A stretch of DNA of 64,000 bases from an uncultured Lachnospiraceae bacterium. GTDB taxonomy: Bacteria > Bacillota > Clostridia > Lachnospirales > Lachnospiraceae. The stretch spans positions 7,091 through 71,090 of the forward strand of contig CAMQTN010000003.1 of the NCBI GenBank assembly GCA_947037115.1, given 5' to 3'. Position 1 is the stretch's first letter, and every line of letters begins with the position of its first letter. Made by a program: the position numbers and the translations under genes. Shown one piece after another: positions 48,330 to 57,084 of this stretch. The notes under the pieces are model-generated. The model was not told the origin of the DNA. It searched no databases and worked only from the letters and a program-made list of their open reading frames with translations.

Positions 48330-49307
48330 ATGTGTACGGCGGCAACTTATAAGACAAAGGACTTTTATTTCGGTCGCACTCTGGATTACGAATTTTCTTA
48401 TGGGGATGAGGTTACGGTCATGCCCAGAAATTATCCTTACCGTTTTCTGGAAAAAGGGACATGGAATACCCATTATGCCATGATCGGTATGGCCAGTGTG
48501 GCGGAGGACTATCCGTTGTACCACGATGCGGTAAACGAGAAAGGGCTGGGAATGGCCGGACTGAATTTCGTGGGGAACGCTGTTTTTCGGAGAAGAGAAG
48601 AAGGGAAGGATAACATCGCACAGTTTGAGTTTATCCCCTGGATACTCGGACAATGCGCCACGGTGAAGGAAGCGAGGGGACTTTTGTCCCGGATAAATAT
48701 AACAAATATCCCTTTTAGCGATAAATTTCCACTTGCACAGCTCCATTGGATTCTTGCGGACAGGGAAGAGTGTGTCGTGATTGAATCGGTGGAGGCCGGA
48801 TTGAATATATATGATAATCCGGTCGGTATTCTGACCAATAATCCGCCTTTTGATATGCAGATGGCAGCACTGCGAAATTATATGGCGTTGTCTGTAAAAC
48901 CGCCGAAAAATACTTTTGCACCGGGATTGAAACTGGAAGCTTACAGCCGCGGTATGGGGGCGATCGGCCTTCCTGGGGATTTGTCGTCGCAGTCCCGGTT
49001 TGTCAGGGCGGCATTTACAAAAATGAATTCTGTTTCCGGCGAGAATGAACTGGAAAGCGTCAGCCAGTTTTTCCATATACTCAATTCCGTAGACCAGCAG
49101 CGCGGCTGCTGTGAGCTGGAGGACGGCAAGTGTGAGTATACTATCTACACCTCCTGCTGCAATGCGGATAAGGGTATTTATTACTATACCTCTTATGATA
49201 ATCATCAGATTACCGGCGTCGACATGTACAGAGAGGATTTGGATGGGGATAAGCTGGTGCGTTACGATACCATCAAAGAGGAGCAGATCAGGATGCAGAA
49301 TGGGTAG
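48330..49307 (+). CDS. bsh: Choloylglycine (bile salt) hydrolase
   Basis: N-terminal nucleophile MCTA; FGRTLDYE, NEKGL, LTNNPPF, YSRGMG, LPGDLSSQSRF. Confidence 0.92.
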   Translation: MCTAATYKTKDFYFGRTLDYEFSYGDEVTVMPRNYPYRFLEKGTWNTHYAMIGMASVAEDYPLYHDAVNEKGLGMAGLNFVGNAVFRRREEGKDNIAQFEFIPWILGQCATVKEARGLLSRINITNIPFSDKFPLAQLHWILADREECVVIESVEAGLNIYDNPVGILTNNPPFDMQMAALRNYMALSVKPPKNTFAPGLKLEAYSRGMGAIGLPGDLSSQSRFVRAAFTKMNSVSGENELESVSQFFHILNSVDQQRGCCELEDGKCEYTIYTSCCNADKGIYYYTSYDNHQITGVDMYREDLDGDKLVRYDTIKEEQIRMQNG

Positions 49308-49357
49308 ATGTGGACGGATCATCCGGGCAAAACTCAGATCAAAATATTGAAAAAGGT

Positions 49358-49384
49358 TAAGAAACAGGCAAACTATGCCGAAAT
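49358..49384 (+). promoter_or_regulatory. Sigma28 (SigD/FliA)-type promoter
   Basis: TAAG-N15-GCCGAAAT versus consensus TAAA-N15-GCCGATAA, upstream of a flagellin-containing operon. Confidence 0.7.
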
Positions 49385-49417
49385 AAAGGGTGAATGTGAA
49401 AGCATTCGCCCTTTTTT
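49385..49417 (+). terminator. Rho-independent terminator (bsh)
   Basis: aaagggtgaatg / cattcgcccttt stem with a T6 tract. Confidence 0.75.
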
Positions 49418-49467
49418 GTATTTAGGAATTAAAAAAACACTACATTTTGTATGGGGACGGTTTGTTT

Positions 49468-52400
49468 ATGAAAATTACGTTTGACCACAGCACGGTAAAT
49501 CAAAATGTAGACAGGGCGACAACTGCATATCGGGGCACCCAAACGACAAGGACAGAGCGTGCGGGTGATTATGCATTAGACATTTCTGGCAAAGTTACGG
49601 ATAACAACGCTTACGGGGGTCACGGAAAGACCACAGAAGAGGTTATGCAGGATGCGGCGGCTATCGATGTGGCCACGCAGACAGACTTTATGACAGTGAT
49701 GTCTAATACTATGTCTGAGGAAGATTTTGCCAGACTGCAGAAGGAAGGCTATCATCCCGGCGATATGGAGATTGAAGAGGTTGTCACCATTGTCGACAAG
49801 ATTAAGGCGGAACTTATAAAAGGCGGTACGGAAGTGGCAGGCTATACCGATGATCTGGATAAGGATACCCTTGCTCAGATTACAGGGAGCGAGGCCTTTG
49901 CGGCGGAGCTTGCGGCACAGTTTGCGGCGCATGATATTCCGCTCACACGGGAGAATGTGCAGGCGGCAAAGGAAGCCTTTGAGAGAGCCATGCAGACGAA
50001 GGAGCCCGGAGAGGGCGCTGTGAAATATATGGTGGAGAATCGGATGGAACCTACCATCGATAATCTCTACATGGCGGATCACAGCGCTGCTTCGGACAGC
50101 CATAGACAGGGCCACGGCTATTATGCGACAGACAATACGGGCTATTATGCAAAGAAAGCGGAGGATTATAACTGGGAACAGCTCCGCCCGCAGATTGAAC
50201 GTGTGTTGGAGGAGGCCGGACTTGCTGTCAGCGAAGAGAACATAGAGAGTGCACAGTGGCTGATCGGGGTTGGCGTGCCGCTGACTGCGGAGACGATGCA
50301 GGCGCTTCACGAAATAGGGCAGGCGGAACAGCCGTGGGATCAGAGAAAAATTTTGTCCGCTGTGGCGGCAGCAATCTCTGACGGAAAGAAGGCGGGAGAC
50401 GCCAATCTGGCTGACGGCAGGAGCGAACTGGAACGCGCGGCCGATTATGTGGAAGGCTACGGGCAGATCAGCGATGAGGCCGTGGATTTAGCTGTCGCGG
50501 AGGAGAAAGAATTAAATCTGCGCAATCTGCAGAAGGCACAGGAAAAGATAGATGCAGGCAATGTGGCGGATGTGCCGCAGGCTGTCACGCAGAGACGTCA
50601 GCTCGAGGAAGTCCGGCTGATGATGACCATTGAGGCGAACCGCAGGCTGATGGCCAGCGGATATTCCATAGACACGACGGATTTGGAAGCATTGGTGGAT
50701 GCCTTAAAAAAGCTGGAACAGGAACAGAACCAGAGACTTTTCGGAGAATCCGACGCCACAGCGGCAGCAGAGAAAGCGGCGCTTTACGATGAAGTACAGC
50801 AAAAGACCGCCGAAATCCCTTACCTTCCGGCGGCAGTGCTTGTCCGCTATGTGGGGGATGAGGAAACCTTTACGCTTGACAGCGTATATGAAAACGGCAC
50901 GGCGCTCAGGAACACCTATGAATCGGCCAGAGAGTCTTATGAGACTTTGATGACAGCGCCGAGAGCGGATATGGGTGATTCCATCCGCAAGGCTTTCCGC
51001 AACGTGGACGACATTCTGACGGACATGGGTCTTGAGACGAGTGAGGAGAACCGCAGGGCGGTGCGGATACTTGGCTATAACAGCATGGATATCACAGATG
51101 ATAATATGGATGCTGTGAAGAAGTATGATATGGAACTGCAGCAGACCATCCGCAGAATGACGCCGGCGGCAACGTTACAGGCCATTCGGGACGGCAAAAA
51201 CCCTCTTACCATGTCGATCGCTGAACTGAATCAATATTTGGATGAGAGCGGCGCGGACGATATGGTAAAAGAGGAGAAATTCAGTAAATATTTGTATAAG
51301 CTGGAGAAAAATCATGCGGTCAGCGAGCAGGAGAGAGAGGCCTACATCGGGATTTACCGTATGTTCCGCCAGTTGGAAAAGACGGATGACGCGGCGGTGG
51401 GAAGCCTTTTGAAGGAAGGCGCGCAGATTTCTTTCAGCAATCTCCTGACGGCCATGCGAAGCACCAAAAAGCAGGGAATGGATTATCGGGTGGACGACGA
51501 GTTTGAAGGCGTGGATGGCACGATGAAGACCAAGTCTATCACGGATCAGATTTTAAGCGGATTCCCGGATTTGGGGCAGGAACGCGCGGAAGGCGGGAAT
51601 CAGGCGAAGGGACAGGACAGACAGCCCTCGCAGCAGTCGGAAGACTATTATCATATGCTTGCGGGACAGATCGCGGACACCATGGAACCGGAGATGCTTG
51701 TGGCGACGGAGCTTACAGCGGAAACGACTATGGAGGCGTTTGCGGATACAATGCGGCAGCAGGCAGCGGATGCTGTTCTGGAACAGTCTTACATGCAGGA
51801 GCAGTTACAGTCTTACCGCGGTTTGGAGAATGTGGAGGAGACCGTGGTTCAGGAGCTGTTGGCATACAGGCAGCCTGTGACGGCAAATAATCTGGAAGCG
51901 GCGTCAGCGCTTCGCAAAAAACCGGGCGCACTGTATCGGAAGCTGCAGGAACTGGAAGGTAGCGCAGGTGTTTCAGAAGGAAAGGCGAAGGCAGAAACGC
52001 TGATCGGAAGCCTGACGGATAAGGAGAGCGCGCAGGAAGCCTACGAGAAGATGCAGGAAACATTTTCTTCTCTTTTGGATGAGGCCATGGACGCACCCGA
52101 CGATTATCTGGATCTGCGTACTCTACAGAGCTGCAAAAAGCAGCTCGCGCTGGCGGGAAGCCTTGCGCGGGAAGAAAATTATCAGATTCCTGTGGAGATC
52201 AATGGCGAGCTGACAGCCATCAACTTAAAGGTTCTGCATGGCGGGGAAACCGGCAAGGTGAATGTTACCGTGGAGACAGAAGAATACGGACAGATCACAG
52301 CCAAATTTTCGCTCAGGGAACAGACGGTATCCGGCTATATTGCCTGTGAGAGCACAGAAGGGACACAATGGCTGCAGGGCAGGCAGGAGGACCTGAGAAA

Positions 52401-52572
52401 TGCGCTGGCAGGTACGGAAACAGACAGAGAGGTTGGCAGTCTGGTTGTCCTGCAGGGCAGAGAGACCGGCGGTGAGGATTACAAACCGGAAGAGGCAAAG
52501 GATGGGGCAGGGGAGCAGACGGCACAGCTCTACGGTATTGCGAAGGCATTCATTACGGCCTTGACGGCATAA
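49468..52572 (+). CDS. DUF6240-like protein with FliK-like C-terminal domain
   Basis: ~1035 aa, acidic and helical; C-terminal YQIPV...INLKV...VTVETEEYGQITAKF...VSGYI resembles the FliK C-domain; directly upstream of flagellin. Confidence 0.65.
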   Translation: MKITFDHSTVNQNVDRATTAYRGTQTTRTERAGDYALDISGKVTDNNAYGGHGKTTEEVMQDAAAIDVATQTDFMTVMSNTMSEEDFARLQKEGYHPGDMEIEEVVTIVDKIKAELIKGGTEVAGYTDDLDKDTLAQITGSEAFAAELAAQFAAHDIPLTRENVQAAKEAFERAMQTKEPGEGAVKYMVENRMEPTIDNLYMADHSAASDSHRQGHGYYATDNTGYYAKKAEDYNWEQLRPQIERVLEEAGLAVSEENIESAQWLIGVGVPLTAETMQALHEIGQAEQPWDQRKILSAVAAAISDGKKAGDANLADGRSELERAADYVEGYGQISDEAVDLAVAEEKELNLRNLQKAQEKIDAGNVADVPQAVTQRRQLEEVRLMMTIEANRRLMASGYSIDTTDLEALVDALKKLEQEQNQRLFGESDATAAAEKAALYDEVQQKTAEIPYLPAAVLVRYVGDEETFTLDSVYENGTALRNTYESARESYETLMTAPRADMGDSIRKAFRNVDDILTDMGLETSEENRRAVRILGYNSMDITDDNMDAVKKYDMELQQTIRRMTPAATLQAIRDGKNPLTMSIAELNQYLDESGADDMVKEEKFSKYLYKLEKNHAVSEQEREAYIGIYRMFRQLEKTDDAAVGSLLKEGAQISFSNLLTAMRSTKKQGMDYRVDDEFEGVDGTMKTKSITDQILSGFPDLGQERAEGGNQAKGQDRQPSQQSEDYYHMLAGQIADTMEPEMLVATELTAETTMEAFADTMRQQAADAVLEQSYMQEQLQSYRGLENVEETVVQELLAYRQPVTANNLEAASALRKKPGALYRKLQELEGSAGVSEGKAKAETLIGSLTDKESAQEAYEKMQETFSSLLDEAMDAPDDYLDLRTLQSCKKQLALAGSLAREENYQIPVEINGELTAINLKVLHGGETGKVNVTVETEEYGQITAKFSLREQTVSGYIACESTEGTQWLQGRQEDLRNALAGTETDREVGSLVVLQGRETGGEDYKPEEAKDGAGEQTAQLYGIAKAFITALTA

Positions 52573-52589
52573 ATAAGGAGGAAATGAGA

Positions 52590-54014
52590 ATGAAAATCAG
52601 TTATAATGCACCGGCAATGCGTGCCAGCAACGCATTAAACGCATCGGACAGCAGATTGTCCAAATCTTTAGGAAGGCTCTCCTCGGGACTGAAAGTAACG
52701 GCTTCGAAGGATAACCCTTCGGGTTATGCCATCGGCAGGAGAATGAATACACAGATTACGGGACTTGGCTCGGCGACGCAGAACTCAAACAATGGTATTT
52801 CCGTTATTGAGACGGCAGATGGTGCGCTGACGGAAGTGCACGAGATGCTGCAGAGAATGAACGAGCTGGCAGTTAAGGGTGAGAACGGGACGCTTACAAC
52901 CGTTGACCGTATGACGCTGGAGCAGGAATTTAAACAGCTTAAGGATGAGGTTACCAGAATTGCTTCGGACACAGAGTTTAACGGGCAGACGCTTCTGGAC
53001 GGCACATTTGATCTGCGTGGCTATACCAATAATAATAGAGTTAAGGTCGATTATTATTCGGATGAAGTCATTGCGAAAAACTATTCGGTCGCTTCATTGT
53101 TTGTGGCCTACGACGAAAAGGGAAAGATTGATATGAATGGCACCACGATAACGCTGGGCCCGGAATTTCCGCCGGGAGTGGAAATTTCTGATACGTCAGA
53201 TTCAAAGATTACTTTGAAGGGTCCTTTGGATTTTGAGATAACGCTTGAAATTCCGAGGGAAAATAATAGTGCCAGCACCATTGAGGTTCCGGAGTTTGAT
53301 GTATCTTATGACATTACAGAGACTCCGGCCGGTTCCGGCAATCTGGTTCCGTCGCTGAACCTGGCAGCTACGCAGACGGCATTTAATACGGCACTGGCCG
53401 GGAGCGCAGATATTCCGGCTACGGCGACACTGACAGCGACTCCTAATGGAGATGGAACGGATACCCTGCATATCACAGATGCTGCTTCCGGTTTCCATCT
53501 GGATATCGTGTGTAAGAGACCGGACACGTCGGAGGCGGCGGACGGTGACGTGAAGCAAGTATCGGTTGGCGGCAATTCCATGGTAAGTATACAGAATCTG
53601 GAGATCGATATCACAGGTATCGGCGCGATGGATACCCAGACCGGCGCCAATGAGGGTCAGCAGCTCGCGATCCGTATCCCCACGATTTCCTTAAACAGAA
53701 TGGGGCTTGAAAATACGGATATGAAGACGCAGGATTCCTGTGGTGAAGCCAATACGGCGATCAAAGGGGCGATTCTCTATGTGTCGGATGCGCGAAGCAG
53801 ACTGGGTGCGTACCAGAACCGACTGGAGCATACGGTTAACAATCTGGCGGTGTCCACTGAAAATATGACAGCCTCCTACGCACGTATCATGGATGTGGAT
53901 ATGGCGGAGGAAATGACAAATTACACCACAGAGCAGGTAATTTCGCAGGCGGCAGTTTCCATGCTGGCGCAGGCAAATGAGAGGCCTTCACAGGTGTTGC
54001 AGCTGTTGCAGTGA
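52590..54014 (+). CDS. Flagellin (divergent paralog)
   Basis: RLSSGL, GISVIETADGAL, LQRMNELAV, TEFNG, RSRLGAYQNRLEH, RIMDVDMAEEM, MLAQAN..PSQVLQLL; AAGGAGG RBS. Confidence 0.95.
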   Translation: MKISYNAPAMRASNALNASDSRLSKSLGRLSSGLKVTASKDNPSGYAIGRRMNTQITGLGSATQNSNNGISVIETADGALTEVHEMLQRMNELAVKGENGTLTTVDRMTLEQEFKQLKDEVTRIASDTEFNGQTLLDGTFDLRGYTNNNRVKVDYYSDEVIAKNYSVASLFVAYDEKGKIDMNGTTITLGPEFPPGVEISDTSDSKITLKGPLDFEITLEIPRENNSASTIEVPEFDVSYDITETPAGSGNLVPSLNLAATQTAFNTALAGSADIPATATLTATPNGDGTDTLHITDAASGFHLDIVCKRPDTSEAADGDVKQVSVGGNSMVSIQNLEIDITGIGAMDTQTGANEGQQLAIRIPTISLNRMGLENTDMKTQDSCGEANTAIKGAILYVSDARSRLGAYQNRLEHTVNNLAVSTENMTASYARIMDVDMAEEMTNYTTEQVISQAAVSMLAQANERPSQVLQLLQ

Positions 54015-54111
54015 GCCGTAGGGAATCTGCTGACGCAAATGATTTACAGAAAAATGCATGAAGCGAATATTTTTTCTAACTGAAAAGTGATGATATAAAT
54101 GAGGGTGAAAG

Positions 54112-54588
54112 ATGACCAGGGAATTAAAACAGGAGTATACTCTGCGGATTACGCAGGCGAATAAAACGCAGCTGATTACCATTCTGTATGAGATGGCGCT
54201 GCTTTACGTTGATGAAGCGCAGGAAGCCCTTGTGGCAGGGAACAGGGCGGATCTTAAAAATGCTGTCCGCAGGATTCAGGGCTGTATGTGTGAACTGATG
54301 GATTCCCTGCATATGGAGTATGAAGTGGCGCAGAACCTGTTGCAGCTCTACCTCTACATCAACAGGGAAGTGGCGAAGGCTGCTCTGTACAATAGCGCGG
54401 AAAATCTGGAGCATGTCCGTCCTGTGCTCGAGAAATTGGCGGAGGCTTACAGACAGATTGAAGCACAGGATATGACAGGCCCTGTGATGGGCAATGCGCA
54501 GACCGTATATGCGGGACTCACTTACGGCAAGGATACGCTCGCGGAGAGCATGTCAAATCCTGACGCAAACAGGGGATTCTGTGTATAA
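54112..54588 (+). CDS. fliS: FliS-family flagellin chaperone
   Basis: QLITILYE, ELMDSL, AQNLLQLYLYI, LAEAY; follows flagellin. Confidence 0.8.
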   Translation: MTRELKQEYTLRITQANKTQLITILYEMALLYVDEAQEALVAGNRADLKNAVRRIQGCMCELMDSLHMEYEVAQNLLQLYLYINREVAKAALYNSAENLEHVRPVLEKLAEAYRQIEAQDMTGPVMGNAQTVYAGLTYGKDTLAESMSNPDANRGFCV

Positions 54589-54635
54589 GCGGTTACGTGT
54601 AAACACGGAATCTGCGCGCAGCGCATAAACTATAT

Positions 54636-54923
54636 TTATAAAAGCGTCAACGGGCGGATCGCATTGGCGTGTTCTTTATCAGGCAGCGGATTACTTTCCG
54701 CTGCCTTTTGTAACAGATATTTGTAGCGTTTCATAACAGCGTTAAGTTCATAGATATAGCAGTCGATCAGATCGGGGTCTGTCACATTGTCAAAACCTGT
54801 ATAGGCATTTTCCAGCGCATTTCTGGCGAGCAGGAGCTCTTCTTTTAGGGTCAGATTCTGCCTGTCCACAATGATGTCGCTCTCCGTGGGGATACAGGGA
54901 CTTTGTCTGAAAATCATTCTCAT
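54636..54923 (-). CDS. YaaL/DUF2508-family protein
   Basis: AYTGFDNVTDPDLIDCYIYELNAVMKRYKYLL; AAAGGCGG RBS before ATG 54923; adjacent to bofA. Confidence 0.8.
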   Translation of the reverse strand: MRMIFRQSPCIPTESDIIVDRQNLTLKEELLLARNALENAYTGFDNVTDPDLIDCYIYELNAVMKRYKYLLQKAAESNPLPDKEHANAIRPLTLL

Positions 54924-55080
54924 ACCGGGGATTCCGCCTTTCTTTCTGGTTTGGAAAAATTGGTAATTAATTCCTTCTGTTATCAGTTTAGGTAAAATTT
55001 TCCTGAAATATTCATGTAATATTGCGGACAGCCTGCACATATGCTGTAAGGAGATCAGACAAGAGGGTGGATGAACTTTT

Positions 55081-55353
55081 ATGGCAAACATAAGCGGAGC
55101 AGCGGTTATACTGGGAGTATGCCTGATTGTTTTGGCGATCGGGGCAATGGGACGTAAGGTGGAATGGCTGATCAATTTTGTCCTTCGCGCGGTGATGGGG
55201 ACAGTGGGCATTTATGCCCTGAATTACCTGCTGGCGGCAAGACAGCTGCAGATAGCGGTCGGAATTAATCCATTTACGGTTTTGACATCCGGAGTCCTTG
55301 GATTTCCGGGGATTGCGGTACTTTACGGCATTCATTTTTTTAAAATCTTGTAA
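55081..55353 (+). CDS. bofA: Pro-sigmaK processing inhibitor BofA
   Basis: Small membrane protein with VGINPFT...GVLGFPG; sigmaE-like ATA-N16-CATATGCT upstream (55019-55045). Confidence 0.85.
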   Translation: MANISGAAVILGVCLIVLAIGAMGRKVEWLINFVLRAVMGTVGIYALNYLLAARQLQIAVGINPFTVLTSGVLGFPGIAVLYGIHFFKIL

Positions 55354-55389
55354 GTAATTCACAAAAATGATTTTTTTATGGCAGATCTA

Positions 55390-55417
55390 TAGACAAGATT
55401 TTTCATTGTGTTATAAT
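55390..55417 (+). promoter_or_regulatory. Sigma-A-type promoter of the Tad locus
   Basis: TAGACA-N16-TATAAT with extended TG. Confidence 0.65.
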
Positions 55418-55546
55418 TCAAGTCACAACTCAGGAAATTCTATGCGGGGCTTTATTCTTTGAAAGTCCTGCGATTCAGGCCTTATGGCATCGGGAATATC
55501 TCCCAATTATTTCGATGAGTCAAAATAAAAATACGGAGGTGGTTTT

Positions 55547-56074
55547 ATTGGACTGAACAACTGGCAATCCGTTTTGCTTTTCCTGCTTTTGCTTTCTGCT
55601 CTGGCAGATCTGAGGACAGACCGGATCCCGAACGGCTTTATTTTATCAGGCATTGTCTGTGGAATGACAGGCAGTATCTTATCCGGCCGGGGATTAACGA
55701 GTATTCTGGCGTCTATGGTTCTGGCGTTTCTGCTTTTGTATCCTCTGTATAGGATAGGTGCGTTTGGCGCGGGCGATGTGAAGCTGTTTATCCTGATCGG
55801 GAGCTTTCAGAACGCGGGAGAAATGATGGCTGTACTGGCGGGAGCTTTTGTGATCGGCGCTGGATTTTCCTTACTAAAGCTGGCTGTAGAACGAAACGGC
55901 AGGGAAAGGCTGTACTATCTTGTATCTTATCTGCAGGATATCCGGCGGACGGGGCATTGGAAGATTTATGGCGGGAATTTGAATCAGGACTACCACACCT
56001 ACTGTAAAAACAAAATTCACTTTGCAGTGCCGATTCTGTTCAGTACGGTGTGCAGAATAGGAGGATTATTTTGA
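55547..56074 (+). CDS. A24 prepilin peptidase (CpaA/TadV-like); start uncertain (ATT 55547 or TTG 55574)
   Basis: DLRTDRIPN and GAGDVKL catalytic Asp motifs; C-terminal IHFAVPI. Confidence 0.85.
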   Translation: MGLNNWQSVLLFLLLLSALADLRTDRIPNGFILSGIVCGMTGSILSGRGLTSILASMVLAFLLLYPLYRIGAFGAGDVKLFILIGSFQNAGEMMAVLAGAFVIGAGFSLLKLAVERNGRERLYYLVSYLQDIRRTGHWKIYGGNLNQDYHTYCKNKIHFAVPILFSTVCRIGGLF

Positions 56075-57084
56075 GACATAAGATTATGGCAATATGCGAT
56101 ACGGAGGAGGGATATGCCTTCCGTATGGCGGAATATATTCTGGAAAAAGTAAAGCTGCCCTATACGCTGCATCTGTTTACGGCAGTGGAGGAGCTGGAAA
56201 AATTTGCGGGAAGAGAGGAGATAGAAATTCTTCTCATCGCAGAAAATGCATGGAGGAAGATCCGCGAGGAATTTGTGAGAAGCCAGGTGGCGCAGATGTT
56301 TGTCCTACAGGAGAGTGAACAGGCAGCAGGGCAGGAGGAAATCTGCTGTATCAACAAATATCAAAGCCCTGAGAAAGTGGTGCAGAAAATGCTGGACGTC
56401 ATTGCGGACGGGAATGGATGGAAAGATTATCCGGAAGCGACGGATACGGCGGTGAAAATGATCGGCATCTATTCCCCGGTAAAACGGTGCCTGCAAACCT
56501 CTTTCGCACTGACCCTTGGACAGCTTCTGGCAAAAGAGCACAGGACGCTGTACCTGAATTTTGAAATGTATTCAGGGCTTGGGGAACTCCTGCAAAGAGA
56601 TTATCAGACGGACATGCTTGACGTTATGTACTATTTTCAGAGTGCGAGGGAAAAGCTGGCGTTCAGGCTTCCTGCAATCATCCAGAACGCGGGCGGGCTG
56701 GATTATATCCCACCCATGCAGTATGCGCCTGGAATCAAGGAAGTGCCGGGAGAGCAGTGGCTGGCGCTTTGCGGGGATATAGCGGCAATCGGGAAGTATG
56801 AGTATATGATATTGGACTTGGATGACGGGATAGACGGACTTTTTGACCTGTTAAGGAGCTGTCAGAAAATCTATACCATTACAAGGGACGACCCTTTTGC
56901 CATGGCAAAACTGCGGCAGTATGAGCAGATGTTACAGACCGGCGAGCTGGAGGAGATTACAGAGAAAACAGTAAAATGCCGTTTTCCGGTCTTCCAGCAG
57001 CTTCCGGAGAGTCTGGATATGATGACACACGGAGAGTTGGCCGGGTATGTGAAATCAATTATTAAAGAGGATATCTATGGATAA
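56071..57084 (+). CDS. CpaE/TadZ-like protein (receiver-like + degenerate ParA/MinD domain)
   Basis: MAICDTEEGY, INKYQS, IGIYSPVKRCLQTSFAL (degenerate Walker A), LYLNFE, YEYMILDL; TTG start after AGGAGG. Confidence 0.75.
   Translation: MRHKIMAICDTEEGYAFRMAEYILEKVKLPYTLHLFTAVEELEKFAGREEIEILLIAENAWRKIREEFVRSQVAQMFVLQESEQAAGQEEICCINKYQSPEKVVQKMLDVIADGNGWKDYPEATDTAVKMIGIYSPVKRCLQTSFALTLGQLLAKEHRTLYLNFEMYSGLGELLQRDYQTDMLDVMYYFQSAREKLAFRLPAIIQNAGGLDYIPPMQYAPGIKEVPGEQWLALCGDIAAIGKYEYMILDLDDGIDGLFDLLRSCQKIYTITRDDPFAMAKLRQYEQMLQTGELEEITEKTVKCRFPVFQQLPESLDMMTHGELAGYVKSIIKEDIYG

Noticed and set aside
49324..49410. GGCAAAC...GAAA resembling a c-di-GMP-I riboswitch upstream of the flagellar module
   Set aside because: The flanks of GAAA (tatgcc/taaagg) do not pair and the GACGCAAA element is missing; better explained as a sigma28 promoter plus terminator.
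51560..51630. Short inverted repeats (gattcccg/cgggaatc) in a linker of the DUF6240-like gene
   Set aside because: An 8-bp stem with a long loop is within chance expectation and has no similarity to the 35001-35069 element.
54015..54060. gacgcaaa after the flagellin gene as a possible riboswitch fragment
   Set aside because: No upstream GCAAAC or P2 stem.
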